Shown here: positions 10,143-19,641 of the stretch, piece after piece
How positions within the stretch are numbered: position 1 is the stretch's first letter
How the letters are laid out: every line of letters starts with the position of its first letter
Assembly: GCA_965228735.1 (NCBI GenBank)
Contig: OZ245838.1
Location: forward strand, 4,672,001-4,736,000
Source: Planctomycetota bacterium
Lineage (GTDB): Bacteria; Planctomycetota; UBA1135; UBA2386
Length of the DNA: 64,000 bases
Direction of reading: 5' to 3'
Notes under the pieces: model-generated
The model's input: only the letters and a program-made list of their open reading frames with translations
What the model was told of the DNA's origin: nothing
Databases searched by the model: none
Translations under genes and position numbers: made by a program

Positions 10143-11798
10143 CTACCTGGGCACGAGTACGGATGGCGAATCGGCGGCGAACCCGACCAACGGGTTGAGC
10201 GCCTTCGGGTTGCTCAGCGCATCGAGCGGGCGCGATTCGTAGAGGTCGTCCGGCGTGCCGAGCTGCCCATCAGGGCCGACGAGAGCGAGCCGGAACATGT
10301 ACAGGTAGGCTCCGCGGATCTGCTCGTCGAGGATGATTGCCGAGTAGCGGCGACTCGTCATCGCCGCGTGCATGCCGTCGCGAAAACTCACGAGGGCGTC
10401 GCGGACCCGCGGTGAGAGCTGCGCGAGTCGGGCCTCGTCTTGCAGGGCGAGCACGTCGATCGCGCCGTCCGCCCGATTGGGCAGCGTCTGCATCAGGTCG
10501 TAGATCGCCTGGCCGTGCGCTGAGGTCGGTTTGCCGGCGCGCGCGGTGATGTGGCCGTGCGCCGGCATGAAGACGTCCCCTGGGCGTGACCTCACGTACT
10601 CGAACAGCTCTTCGTGTGCGGTGCGGTGCGCGTCGCTCGGCAGCGCGCTGCGCACTCGCGAGGGCGCGAACGCGAACACGAACAAGAACACGAACTGCAC
10701 GACGAGGAGCCACGGCAGGAACCGCAGGCGCGCTGCCGCGACAGGACCGAGGACGCAGGCGCCCGCGAAGCCGTAGAGCAGCACGTTGTCGAAGCCGCCG
10801 ACGTGGATGCGCGACAGCCACGACGTGACGAGTCCGCCGCTGCCGACCGCGGCTAGGAACAGGGCTGCGCGGCCGCGGCCGGCGCGGCAGTCGCTGACGA
10901 ACCCAGTTATCCCGGCGACGACGAGCGGCAGCATCGGCCACAGGTCGCGCGTCCAGAAGCCGAGCTTGTTCGCCTCGACCGAGCCATGGTAGGTCGGCAT
11001 CTCGAACAGATAGAACGTCGACCAGCCTTCGCTCGACATATGCATGACGCCGAGCGCGAGGACGATCGCACCGACACCCGCGAACCCGAACTTCACGCCC
11101 CTGCGCCAGTCCAGGATCAGCGCGCCGATGCCGACAGCGGGCAGCCACATCGCGGCCGACTGCTTGGCGAGCACGGCCACCATGGCAAGCAGCGCCGCGA
11201 CCCACCAGCCGTGTCGGCCGCCGTGCCGCAGCGCGTAGGCGCACAGCAGCATCGACAGGAGGAACGGCGAGTCGTTGCGCGCGAGGTCGTACCACCAGTA
11301 GAGCCAGCCGTAGCCGGCGAGAAAGACGCCGACTGCGACGAGGCCCGGCAGGACGTGGCCGGTCTCCTTCTTGACCCAGTGGCCGATGAGCGTGGCGACT
11401 CCGAGGGAGCTCGCGAGCGCGACGAGCCGCAGCGCGAGGATGCCGTCGAGACCGAGCGCGATGCCGCCGCCGCCGAGCCAGAAGAGCAGGGGGGCGTAGA
11501 GGAACGGCACGTGCTCGGGTGTCGGTGGGCAGTAGATCGGTTCGCCTCTGCTGACGCGCAGCGCGTGATCGGCGAGCGCGCCTTCCATCCACTCGAGCTC
11601 GAACGGATAGCCGATGCGTTGGCTGACGAGATAGCCGAACCAGGCGACCGCGACCGCGGATGCCACGACCAGGACGTGCCAGACGTGTCGTTGTGCGAAT
11701 GCCGCGAAGCGCAGGAGCGCCGGCGGCAACCGGCCGGGGATCGGAGCCGGTTCGGCGGTTTGCGCGGAGGGAGTCGACATCGAGGCGAGGCGGAGCAT
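10143..11798 (-). CDS. Multi-pass membrane glycosyltransferase (GT-C/ArnT/PMT-like); start may be 11780
   Basis: About 11 hydrophobic segments; YPFELEWMEG, YAPL, LARND and AKQS motifs typical of GT-C-like proteins. Confidence 0.65.
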   Translation of the reverse strand: MLRLASMSTPSAQTAEPAPIPGRLPPALLRFAAFAQRHVWHVLVVASAVAVAWFGYLVSQRIGYPFELEWMEGALADHALRVSRGEPIYCPPTPEHVPFLYAPLLFWLGGGGIALGLDGILALRLVALASSLGVATLIGHWVKKETGHVLPGLVAVGVFLAGYGWLYWWYDLARNDSPFLLSMLLCAYALRHGGRHGWWVAALLAMVAVLAKQSAAMWLPAVGIGALILDWRRGVKFGFAGVGAIVLALGVMHMSSEGWSTFYLFEMPTYHGSVEANKLGFWTRDLWPMLPLVVAGITGFVSDCRAGRGRAALFLAAVGSGGLVTSWLSRIHVGGFDNVLLYGFAGACVLGPVAAARLRFLPWLLVVQFVFLFVFAFAPSRVRSALPSDAHRTAHEELFEYVRSRPGDVFMPAHGHITARAGKPTSAHGQAIYDLMQTLPNRADGAIDVLALQDEARLAQLSPRVRDALVSFRDGMHAAMTSRRYSAIILDEQIRGAYLYMFRLALVGPDGQLGTPDDLYESRPLDALSNPKALNPLVGFAADSPSVLVPR

Positions 11799-11815
11799 AT
11801 CGTCGCCCGCCGACG

Positions 11816-13468
11816 ATGCGCGTAGCGATGGTGTGGTTGCTGGTGGCCGTCGCCGTGGGCATCGGCGGTTGGTTGCTGCTGGGTGGGAGTGGTGACGGCG
11901 CCGCGCTCGCGCCGCCCAATGGTGTTGGCGGCGGCGGCGTCGGCGACGTTCCCGTGACTCCGGGTCGCAGTGGCGACGCGGACCTGTCGGCCGGCGGCGA
12001 GCTCGCCCGCGCGGTGCCGACCCGAGAGCTGACGACGCCGGCGCCGACGGATCTCGCGAGCCGCATGACCGCGTGCGTGCAGGTCGTCGACTACGAGCGT
12101 GGCACGCCGATCGCCGGCGCCGTGGTGCGACGGTTGAAGGGCGGCGCGGAGATCGGCTTCACGGACGAACGCGGGATCGTCGAGCTGCCGCTCGCAGAAC
12201 GCGAACAGCTCGGCATCGTCGCGGAGCGCTACCTGACGCGGCTGGCCGCGACGCGCCTCGGCTCGACGATCGGCGCGCCGCAGCGGGTGCAGCTGGTGCG
12301 CGATCGCTGGTCGGTGCGCCACCGGTTCGTTCTGCGGTCCGGGCCGGGCAGCGCGGCCGTGCCCGAAGCGACGATGGTCGTGCTGTCCCGGGGCCAGGCC
12401 GAGGCACCGAACCACACGGACGCCGTCGTCCAGCGCGCCCGCCTCGAGGATGCGCGACTCACGGAGCTGTTCGCCAGGCTGGCGCCCGCGCGAGTCGTGC
12501 AGGACGGCGAGAACGTCCGGTTTGCGATCGGCGTGCCCTACACGCTCGAGTTCGCGACCCGGGACGGCCTCGCGACGCGCGTCGAGCTCGCGGCGGTCGA
12601 TACGGCGCGGATCGTGCGCGTCGATCTCCAGCCCGGCGCGTTCGTTCGCGGCCGGATCGTCGGCGGCGGACAGCAGCCGCTCGCGGGGGCCGAGATCACG
12701 CGTCGGGTCGAGAGCGGTGATGGCGGCGGCCCGCTCGCACTGCGGTGCGTCACGGGTGAGAGCGGTGCGTTCGCGTTCGGCCCGCTGCCGAACGGGCCCG
12801 TGACGTTGCTCGTGCGACACGTCGACCACGAGCCGCGCGCGTTCGGTCCGATCGACGTCGCAGCCGCCGGGACGCCGGAGATCGCGCTCGTGCCGTTGCC
12901 GCAGAACGCGCTGCGTGGGCGGGTGCGGCGTCGGCCCGGCGGCGAGCCGGTCGCCGGCGCAGCCGTCGCGTGGACCCTCGGCGGCAATCCGCCGATCACG
13001 GCGGTAACCGCGGCTGATGGCACGTTCCGGCTCGCGGCGAGCGGCGACGCGGCGGGCCGGCTCGTCGTGAGCAAGCCGGGCTACGTGCCGCTCGCGGAGC
13101 TCGTCGAGGCGGCCGCGCCGATGCGCGACTACGACCTGTTGCCCGCCGTGACCGCGGACCGCGTCGCTGCCGGTCTCACGGGCGTACTCACGGGCGTCGT
13201 CGTGCGCGCGGGTCAGCCGCTCGCGGGCGCGACCGTGCGCTGGGTGCCCGGCGCGCCGGCCGCAGCGCCGGAGCCGACGGGTCGCCGCGCGATCTCGGGA
13301 CACGTGCTCGCGCTGCCGTTGACCGTGAGCACCGACGGCGAAGGCGTGTTCACGCTCGAGACCGATCGCTTCGGACCGGGCCGGCTCGAGCTCGCGGACG
13401 GCGGCGCGGGTCTCGACGTCGAAGCGATCGCCGGGCAGCGGCGCGATGGCCTGCGGCTCGGCAACTGA
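11816..13468 (+). CDS. Carboxypeptidase-regulatory-like (prealbumin-fold) repeat protein
   Basis: N-terminal TM; repeated GRV....G.P.AGA.V and T...G.F motifs. Confidence 0.7.
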   Translation: MRVAMVWLLVAVAVGIGGWLLLGGSGDGAALAPPNGVGGGGVGDVPVTPGRSGDADLSAGGELARAVPTRELTTPAPTDLASRMTACVQVVDYERGTPIAGAVVRRLKGGAEIGFTDERGIVELPLAEREQLGIVAERYLTRLAATRLGSTIGAPQRVQLVRDRWSVRHRFVLRSGPGSAAVPEATMVVLSRGQAEAPNHTDAVVQRARLEDARLTELFARLAPARVVQDGENVRFAIGVPYTLEFATRDGLATRVELAAVDTARIVRVDLQPGAFVRGRIVGGGQQPLAGAEITRRVESGDGGGPLALRCVTGESGAFAFGPLPNGPVTLLVRHVDHEPRAFGPIDVAAAGTPEIALVPLPQNALRGRVRRRPGGEPVAGAAVAWTLGGNPPITAVTAADGTFRLAASGDAAGRLVVSKPGYVPLAELVEAAAPMRDYDLLPAVTADRVAAGLTGVLTGVVVRAGQPLAGATVRWVPGAPAAAPEPTGRRAISGHVLALPLTVSTDGEGVFTLETDRFGPGRLELADGGAGLDVEAIAGQRRDGLRLGN

Positions 13469-13505
13469 TGCAGGGTAGCTGACCGATGATGCGGGGGACT
13501 ACGAC

Positions 13506-14054
13506 ATGACGCTCGGCGACTGGGAGCAGCTCGAGGAAGAGACGCTGCTGCACTACAAGGTCTTCCACGTTCGCAAGTCGCGCCGGCGGTCGCCGCGCAC
13601 CGGCGCGGACATCGGGTTCTTCCTGATCGACACCCCCGACTGGGTCAACATCGTGCCGATCACGACCAACGACGAGATCGTCCTCGTGCGGCAGTATCGC
13701 CACGGCGACAGGCGCATCGCGCTCGAGGTGCCCGGCGGCCTCATCGATCCGCACGAGACCGATCCGGCGCAGGCCGCAGCGCGGGAGTTGCGTGAGGAGA
13801 GCGGCTACGAGGCCGGCACGCTCGAGCGGATCGGGGAGATGAATCCCAACCCCGCGATCTTCTCCAACCGCTGCTACGTCTACCTCGCGACCGACTGCAC
13901 GCGGGTCGGCGAGCCCGAGCTCGATCCGGGCGAGGACATCGAGGTCGTCACCGTGCCGGTCACCGAACTCGATGCGCTGATTCGGGACGGCGCCATCGAG
14001 CACTCGATCGTGCTCGGGGCCATCGCGATCTGGCGGGCGCGGCAGAGCGTCTGA
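13506..14054 (+). CDS. NUDIX hydrolase (ADP-ribose pyrophosphatase-like)
   Basis: Nudix box GGLIDPHETDPAQAAARELREESGY; LVRQYR motif. Confidence 0.9.
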   Translation: MTLGDWEQLEEETLLHYKVFHVRKSRRRSPRTGADIGFFLIDTPDWVNIVPITTNDEIVLVRQYRHGDRRIALEVPGGLIDPHETDPAQAAARELREESGYEAGTLERIGEMNPNPAIFSNRCYVYLATDCTRVGEPELDPGEDIEVVTVPVTELDALIRDGAIEHSIVLGAIAIWRARQSV

Positions 14055-14157
14055 TCCGGCCGCCGGGGCGCGTTTTCCGGGATCAACCGGCAGTTTTCCC
14101 CAATAGTTGGCCACAGCGCCGTGCATTACCGTGGCGGCTGCCGCCCGGAGATCCTCC

Positions 14158-17127
14158 ATGCAGAAGAACGCTGTCCTCATCGTCCTGCTCCTGCTGGTCA
14201 CGGCCGGCGTCTGCTGGCTCGTGTTCTTCCGCGGTGACGATGCCGCGCCGATCGTGCCCAACGACGGCGACGTGGTCCCCCTCGCCGACGATCCGGCGGG
14301 CGCATCCGGCGGCAGCGGCCTGGCGGCGGCCGAGGCGACCGGACCCTCGACGATGCAGCGCACGGCGGTCGCGGTCGGCAACGACGATCTGCTCGACGAC
14401 CCGGAGATCCGCGAGGGGCTCTGCGGGTTCAAGGGTCGGGTCGTCTCGTTCGACGGCCAGCCGGCGAGCCGCTGCGGTGTCCGGTTCTACCGCGGGGCGA
14501 TGGATTCGATCGTGCGCGAGGGTGCGGACGTGTTCGCCGACGAGCCGACGGCCGAACCGAACTACATCGCGGGCGAGACCCAGACGGGCGAGGACGGCCG
14601 CTTCCTGCTGAGCGGCGTCTGGCCGCGGGCGATCTACGTGATGTTCGCGGGCATCGGCACGGACGCGCCCGTGCACGAGATCATCACGCAGACGCCGTCG
14701 CCGGGCGAGGTCGTCGATCTCGGTGACATCGTGCTGCCCAACGCGGGCGTCATCGTCGGCAAGGTCCTCGGCGAGGACGGCCAGCCGCTCGCGGGTGCGC
14801 TCGTGCGCGCGGCCGACCTGCCGGGCACCCTCGCCGGGTTCTTCCCCGTCGAACGGTTCGACCCCGAGGGCGCGGTCCTCATTCGCGAGCCGCGGGCACC
14901 CGTGCAGGTCGTCGAGATGCCCCCGTGGGTCAAGGGCGCGTTCGAGAACGTGCCGATCCCGACGACCCACTCGGGCGAGGACGGCACGTTCCGGCTCGTC
15001 GGTGTCGTGCCCGGCAGCAATCTGCTCGCGGTTACCGCCGAGGATCACCTGTCACACATGTCGCCGAGCGTGGTCGTGCGCGCCGGCGAGGAGAAGAACG
15101 TCGGCGAGATCGGCCTCAGCACGGGTGAAGAACTCTGGGGCAAGGTCGTCGACGGCGATGGCGAGCCGGTCGCCGGAGCGGAGATCCTCGCCGGCTCGAC
15201 GATTCCGATCGCGCCCGTGGATCTCGCGCGCCGCGTGCCGAAGACGAACGAGAAGGGCGAGTTCACCGCGCTCGGCTTCGCGCGCGGCAACGTGACGGTC
15301 GCTGCCCGGCGCGGGCCGACGCACACGTGGGTGATCGCAGAGCCGCAACCGATCGGCAGCGACGTCGTCGTCGTGCTCGAGGCGTCGCGTCACATCGACG
15401 CGATGATCGTCGGCGCGGACGGTAAGCCCGTCGCGGACGCCAATCTGCGGCTGCTGCAGGGCGATGCGGGTGACGGCGCGGCCGAGATGGCCGTGTTCGG
15501 CTTCGTGCCGCCGGTCGACATCCGGGAGCGCGTGTCGCGCACCGAGGAGGGCGCGTGGCGCATCGAGAACCTCAACGCCGGCAAGTACACGCTGGTCGCG
15601 CGCGCGCCCGGTCACGCTACGGGCTTCGCCGAGGTGTCGATCAAGGACGCCAACGTCGAGACATCGATCCAGCTCGAGCCGTTCCAGGCGTTCCAGGTCC
15701 GGGTCGTCGGACCCGAGGAGCGCCCCATCAAGAACGTCGCGATCTACGCCGATCCGCAGGGGCGGCAGCTCTACGACATCCCGCTGATGTGCGGCCGCAC
15801 CGACAAGGGCGGCGCGCTGACCATCGATCGCTTCAAGGCCGACAAGTTGCGCGTCAGCGCGGAGCATCCCAAGTGGGGCTACGTGCACGGCGAGGCGGTG
15901 CTCGGCGAAGAACTCGTGCTGCGCATGGAGGCGCCGGGTGCGCTCGAAGGCGTGCTCACCGAGAACGGCGCGCCGCCGGAGGCGGGCAAGTACACGGTCG
16001 TCGTCGAGTGGCGTCGCAACGGCGGCCCGCGCGGTCCGCTCGAGGTCGTGCCGCGGATGGTCACGGCGGGTCTGGACGGCTCGTTCCGCGTCGCGGCGCT
16101 GCAGCCGGGCAGCTACCGCGTCCAAACGATCGATTCGCTCGACATGCTGAAGTCGCCGGGCGGCGTCATGGAGCTCATGATGTCGGCGCGGATGATGGGC
16201 GGTGGCCGCGAACAGCAGCGCGCCACGGTGGACGTTCTTTCCGGTCAGACGGCGCGGGTGCAGCTCGACGCCGGCGAGAAGCCGATCGAGGGTCCGACGG
16301 CGCGCGTGTTCGGCTCCGTGACCGTCAACGGTCGCCTGGTCGAAGGCGCGATGGTGATGGGCTGGATCGAGAACCGGCGCTACGGCGAAGAGACGGACCG
16401 CGCCGGGCAGTTCGATCTCGGGGTCGTGCCGGCCGGCAACGCCTATCTCACGATCACCCGGCAGGGCGGCATCTTCGGCGTCACGTCGACGATCTGGCAG
16501 GGCAACTTCGAGCTGAAGGAAAACGAGCAACGCGAGCTCCGCATCGAGATCATGACGTCGTCGATCTCAGGCACGGTGTACGGCATGAACGGCGCCCCCG
16601 TGGCTGGCGGTCACATCAGCGCGCGCGGCTCGTTACCCGACGACTCGGGTTCGCTCAACCTGCACGCGCCGATCGACGCCAACGGCAACTTCGAGTTCGA
16701 CGAAGTGGCGGAGGGCACGTGGACCTTCACGGCGCGGCAGCGCGGCGACGAGCCGAGCGAGGGCAAGGTGACGGGCGTCAAGGTCACGGGCGGCGTGCCG
16801 GTCACCAACCTGCGCATCGACATGCGCGCGACGATCCAGGTGAAGGGGCGGCTCGACTTCGCGATGTTCGGCAACGAGAAGCCGCAATGGACGTGGATCA
16901 GCGTGCACGAGCTCGAGCCCGACGGGTCGCTCGGCTCGCAGGAGGACGGCATCGGCATCGACATGGGCGACGGCTCGTTCCGGACCGATGACCTGGCGCC
17001 GGGGCAGTACGGCCTGCGGATTCACGCGGGCTGGGACGGCCGCAGTGAGCGGTATCGCGGCCAGAACATCACGGTCGGCCCCGATGGCCTGGACGGCATC
17101 GTCATCACCGGCACGAAGGAAGGGTAG
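14158..17127 (+). CDS. Large carboxypeptidase-regulatory-like repeat membrane-anchored protein
   Basis: N-terminal TM after MQKN; about 8 repeats of G.V.D.DG.PVAGA / T.EDG.F.L. Confidence 0.75.
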   Translation: MQKNAVLIVLLLLVTAGVCWLVFFRGDDAAPIVPNDGDVVPLADDPAGASGGSGLAAAEATGPSTMQRTAVAVGNDDLLDDPEIREGLCGFKGRVVSFDGQPASRCGVRFYRGAMDSIVREGADVFADEPTAEPNYIAGETQTGEDGRFLLSGVWPRAIYVMFAGIGTDAPVHEIITQTPSPGEVVDLGDIVLPNAGVIVGKVLGEDGQPLAGALVRAADLPGTLAGFFPVERFDPEGAVLIREPRAPVQVVEMPPWVKGAFENVPIPTTHSGEDGTFRLVGVVPGSNLLAVTAEDHLSHMSPSVVVRAGEEKNVGEIGLSTGEELWGKVVDGDGEPVAGAEILAGSTIPIAPVDLARRVPKTNEKGEFTALGFARGNVTVAARRGPTHTWVIAEPQPIGSDVVVVLEASRHIDAMIVGADGKPVADANLRLLQGDAGDGAAEMAVFGFVPPVDIRERVSRTEEGAWRIENLNAGKYTLVARAPGHATGFAEVSIKDANVETSIQLEPFQAFQVRVVGPEERPIKNVAIYADPQGRQLYDIPLMCGRTDKGGALTIDRFKADKLRVSAEHPKWGYVHGEAVLGEELVLRMEAPGALEGVLTENGAPPEAGKYTVVVEWRRNGGPRGPLEVVPRMVTAGLDGSFRVAALQPGSYRVQTIDSLDMLKSPGGVMELMMSARMMGGGREQQRATVDVLSGQTARVQLDAGEKPIEGPTARVFGSVTVNGRLVEGAMVMGWIENRRYGEETDRAGQFDLGVVPAGNAYLTITRQGGIFGVTSTIWQGNFELKENEQRELRIEIMTSSISGTVYGMNGAPVAGGHISARGSLPDDSGSLNLHAPIDANGNFEFDEVAEGTWTFTARQRGDEPSEGKVTGVKVTGGVPVTNLRIDMRATIQVKGRLDFAMFGNEKPQWTWISVHELEPDGSLGSQEDGIGIDMGDGSFRTDDLAPGQYGLRIHAGWDGRSERYRGQNITVGPDGLDGIVITGTKEG

Positions 17128-17161
17128 CGCGCCCGTTCGGTTCGGCGTCGCGGCGCGCGCG

Positions 17162-17659
17162 CTACCCGAGGTCGGCCGCGACCCGCTGCGGTAGCGCGAG
17201 GCGCAGCTCGCCGATCGTGCTGGCGCGCGACGCGAGCTCGACGGCGACGAGCATGCCCTTCTTGAGTGGGATCGATCGCCGCACGTCGCCGGTCAGCAGC
17301 GCGGCGAGCACGCAACCGAGGTGCGGCTCGTGCCCGACGAATGCGATCGCCGTCGTATCGGATGCGAGCTCCTCCTCGATGAGCCGCAGCGTTTCCCGGA
17401 CGCTGCCGCCCGGCGCGATGAGATCGGTCGTGCGCAGCTCCGGCGAGCCGCGCACCGCCAGTTCGAGCAGGATGGCTGCGGTCTCCTGGGCTCGCCGCAA
17501 CGAACTCTGGAACACGACGTCGAGCGGCGGCAGCAGCTTGTGCCATACGGGCGCCGCGGCGCGCAGCCGTTCTTCCCCATCACTCGTGAGAGCGCGCTCC
17601 TCGTCGGGTTTGCCGAAGCCGTCCTCGGCGCGACCGTGCCGCAGCAGATAGATGAGCAT
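17162..17659 (-). CDS. sixA: Phosphohistidine phosphatase SixA (histidine phosphatase family)
   Basis: LLRHGRAE, R.LT..G, SS.RRA.ETA and VGHEP motifs. Confidence 0.85.
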   Translation of the reverse strand: MLIYLLRHGRAEDGFGKPDEERALTSDGEERLRAAAPVWHKLLPPLDVVFQSSLRRAQETAAILLELAVRGSPELRTTDLIAPGGSVRETLRLIEEELASDTTAIAFVGHEPHLGCVLAALLTGDVRRSIPLKKGMLVAVELASRASTIGELRLALPQRVAADLG

Positions 17660-17680
17660 CGGTTCTCCAGACTAACCCGC

Positions 17681-17797
17681 GTGGCGATACCGAACCCGTT
17701 TCAAATCCGCCACGGCGCCGGCCACGCAACCCCGGTGCCTGCCGGCGTTCGCGCCGAGTCGCGAGTGGCGGATTTGAAACGGGTTCGGTACCGCCAC
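17681..17797. repeat. 117-bp palindromic element with 33-bp inverted arms (MITE/REP-like)
   Basis: GTGGCGATACCGAACCCGTTTCAAATCCGCCAC (17681-17713) and GTGGCGGATTTGAAACGGGTTCGGTACCGCCAC (17765-17797) are reverse complements at 32/33 positions; intergenic. Confidence 0.85.
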
Positions 17798-17811
17798 TGT
17801 ATGTTCACGTC

Positions 17812-19032
17812 GTGAGTTCGGAGTCCCTCTCTCAGCGCATGCGTGCTCGTCGTGACGGCGTGCGGCGGCCGTGGTGGCGTTCGACGCCGATGCTCGTGGT
17901 GTGGCTCGCCGCGATCGCCGGTCTGGTGGCGCTCGGGGTCCGGCACTGGCAGGCCGGCCGGGTCACGTTGACGTTCGTGCACGCGACCGGTGCCGTGCCG
18001 CCGCTCGAGCTGACCGTCTTTGCCGATCGCCTCACGTTCACCGGCCCTTCCCCGCCGGCCGCGCTCGGACAGCGGCAGGTCGAGGGCGCGAGCGCGACGC
18101 TGGCCGGTGACCTCGTGCCGGAGCGCGCGGTCGTGCGATACCGCGGTGACGGGGTCGGGGCCGGCATCGTGTTCGTCACGCTCGGCGACGACATCGCGCC
18201 GATCGAACTCGGGCCGGCGCGCACGATTCGCGGCTCGGTGGTCGAACCGCTCGGCTTCTGGGCGTTCGGCTGGCGGCCAGCCGGCACGAGGGCCGTCGGC
18301 GGCGCCGAGATCATCGCGATGGCCGGCGGCGAACAAGGTATCGAGATCGCGCGCACCGTCGCCGACGAGAACGGCGACTTCGTTCTGCCCGGGATCGCCG
18401 CGGCCGTCGATGCGCTGAGCCTGCGCGTGCGCGCACCGGGTTTCGAGCTCGGGCACGTCGACGTCTCGACCCATCGGCCGCGCACCAGCGCCGACCCCGA
18501 CATCGTCGTCGCGCCGGTTCGGCGCACGAAGCCGGTTCGCGGTCGCGTCCTCGGGCCGGACGACGTCGATCTCGAAGGGCTGTGGGTGCTCGCACGCGGT
18601 CTGCCGGGAGTGCAGGTTCGACCCGACGCGGACGGCACGTTCGAGCTCGACCACGTGCCGCCACGAGCGCAGCTGCGGTTGCTCGTTCACGGCCTCGGCC
18701 CGTTCTTCGCGTGCGCCGACGTGCGGGCCGAGCCCGGCAGCGTCCCGGAGCTGCGAATCGTCCCCGCCGGACTCGTTCGCGGTCGCGTCGTCGACCACGA
18801 AACGGGGGAGCCGATCGCCGGCGCCCTCGTCTACGCGAAGAACACGGCGACCGTGCGGACGGACGTACACGGGCACTTCGAACTGCCGCACATCGAGCCC
18901 GGCCGCGTCGAGGTCATCACGCAGGTCGAGACCAGGACCAAGAAGCGGCGCCGACAGGTCCGCTTCGGGCGCGCCGACGTCGACGTGCGGGCCGGCGCGG
19001 AGCAGGCCGGCGTCGAGATCCAAGTCCACTGA
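17812..19032 (+). CDS. Carboxypeptidase-regulatory-like domain protein
   Basis: TM near N-terminus; GRVVDHETGEPIAGALV and TDVHGHFEL motifs. Confidence 0.7.
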   Translation: MSSESLSQRMRARRDGVRRPWWRSTPMLVVWLAAIAGLVALGVRHWQAGRVTLTFVHATGAVPPLELTVFADRLTFTGPSPPAALGQRQVEGASATLAGDLVPERAVVRYRGDGVGAGIVFVTLGDDIAPIELGPARTIRGSVVEPLGFWAFGWRPAGTRAVGGAEIIAMAGGEQGIEIARTVADENGDFVLPGIAAAVDALSLRVRAPGFELGHVDVSTHRPRTSADPDIVVAPVRRTKPVRGRVLGPDDVDLEGLWVLARGLPGVQVRPDADGTFELDHVPPRAQLRLLVHGLGPFFACADVRAEPGSVPELRIVPAGLVRGRVVDHETGEPIAGALVYAKNTATVRTDVHGHFELPHIEPGRVEVITQVETRTKKRRRQVRFGRADVDVRAGAEQAGVEIQVH

Positions 19033-19035
19033 CGA

Positions 19036-19620
19036 TTGCGGGAGCACGGAACGTTGAAGCCATTTCTGATGACGGTTCTCTTCGGCATCTCGGCCGGCCT
19101 GACCGGCGCCGTGATGTCGCCCCGACTGCAGGATCCCCAACCCCAGGATCCCCGACCCCAGGATCCCCGACCTCACGATCCGAAGGTCGAACGCTCGCAG
19201 GATCCCGGTTCGAAGCAGCCGGCGGCCGAGGAACCAGCGGCACAGGAGCCCGACAAGCGACCCGAGCGCGACCCGATCGAAGGCGTCTACCGCCTGACGC
19301 GCCGCATGGTCGAGGGCCGGCCCGACCCGCGCGCGAGCAGCGGCTACGTCGCGATCACGCGCCGGCACCTCCTGCTGTGCCTCGCGGGTGCCGGCACGGA
19401 TCCGGACTACCCGCTGCTGCGTGCCGGCGTGCGGGAGTGGCAGCGGCAACCGAACGGCTACCAGACGACGGTCAGGCTCGGCTTCTACACGGACGTGGAC
19501 GGCGAGATCCACGTCGAGGAGAAGGGCGAGTTGCGCGTTCGCCGCATCGACGTCGTGCGCGGCATGCTCCGCATCTGGCAGGACGGGTCGAGCTTCCTCG
19601 AGTTCGAGCGGCTCGAATGA
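19036..19620 (+). CDS. Hypothetical exported protein with QDP repeats (start uncertain)
   Basis: Hydrophobic N-terminus; QDPQP-QDPRP-QDPRP-HDP linker; follows the upstream gene closely. Confidence 0.6.
   Translation: MREHGTLKPFLMTVLFGISAGLTGAVMSPRLQDPQPQDPRPQDPRPHDPKVERSQDPGSKQPAAEEPAAQEPDKRPERDPIEGVYRLTRRMVEGRPDPRASSGYVAITRRHLLLCLAGAGTDPDYPLLRAGVREWQRQPNGYQTTVRLGFYTDVDGEIHVEEKGELRVRRIDVVRGMLRIWQDGSSFLEFERLE
19129..19182 (+). repeat. 15-bp coding tandem repeat (about 3.5 copies, CAGGATCCCCGACCC)
   Basis: Units at 19129, 19144 and 19159, plus a partial unit at 19174. Confidence 0.85.
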
Positions 19621-19641
19621 CGCTCCGGCTGTCCCTGTGGC

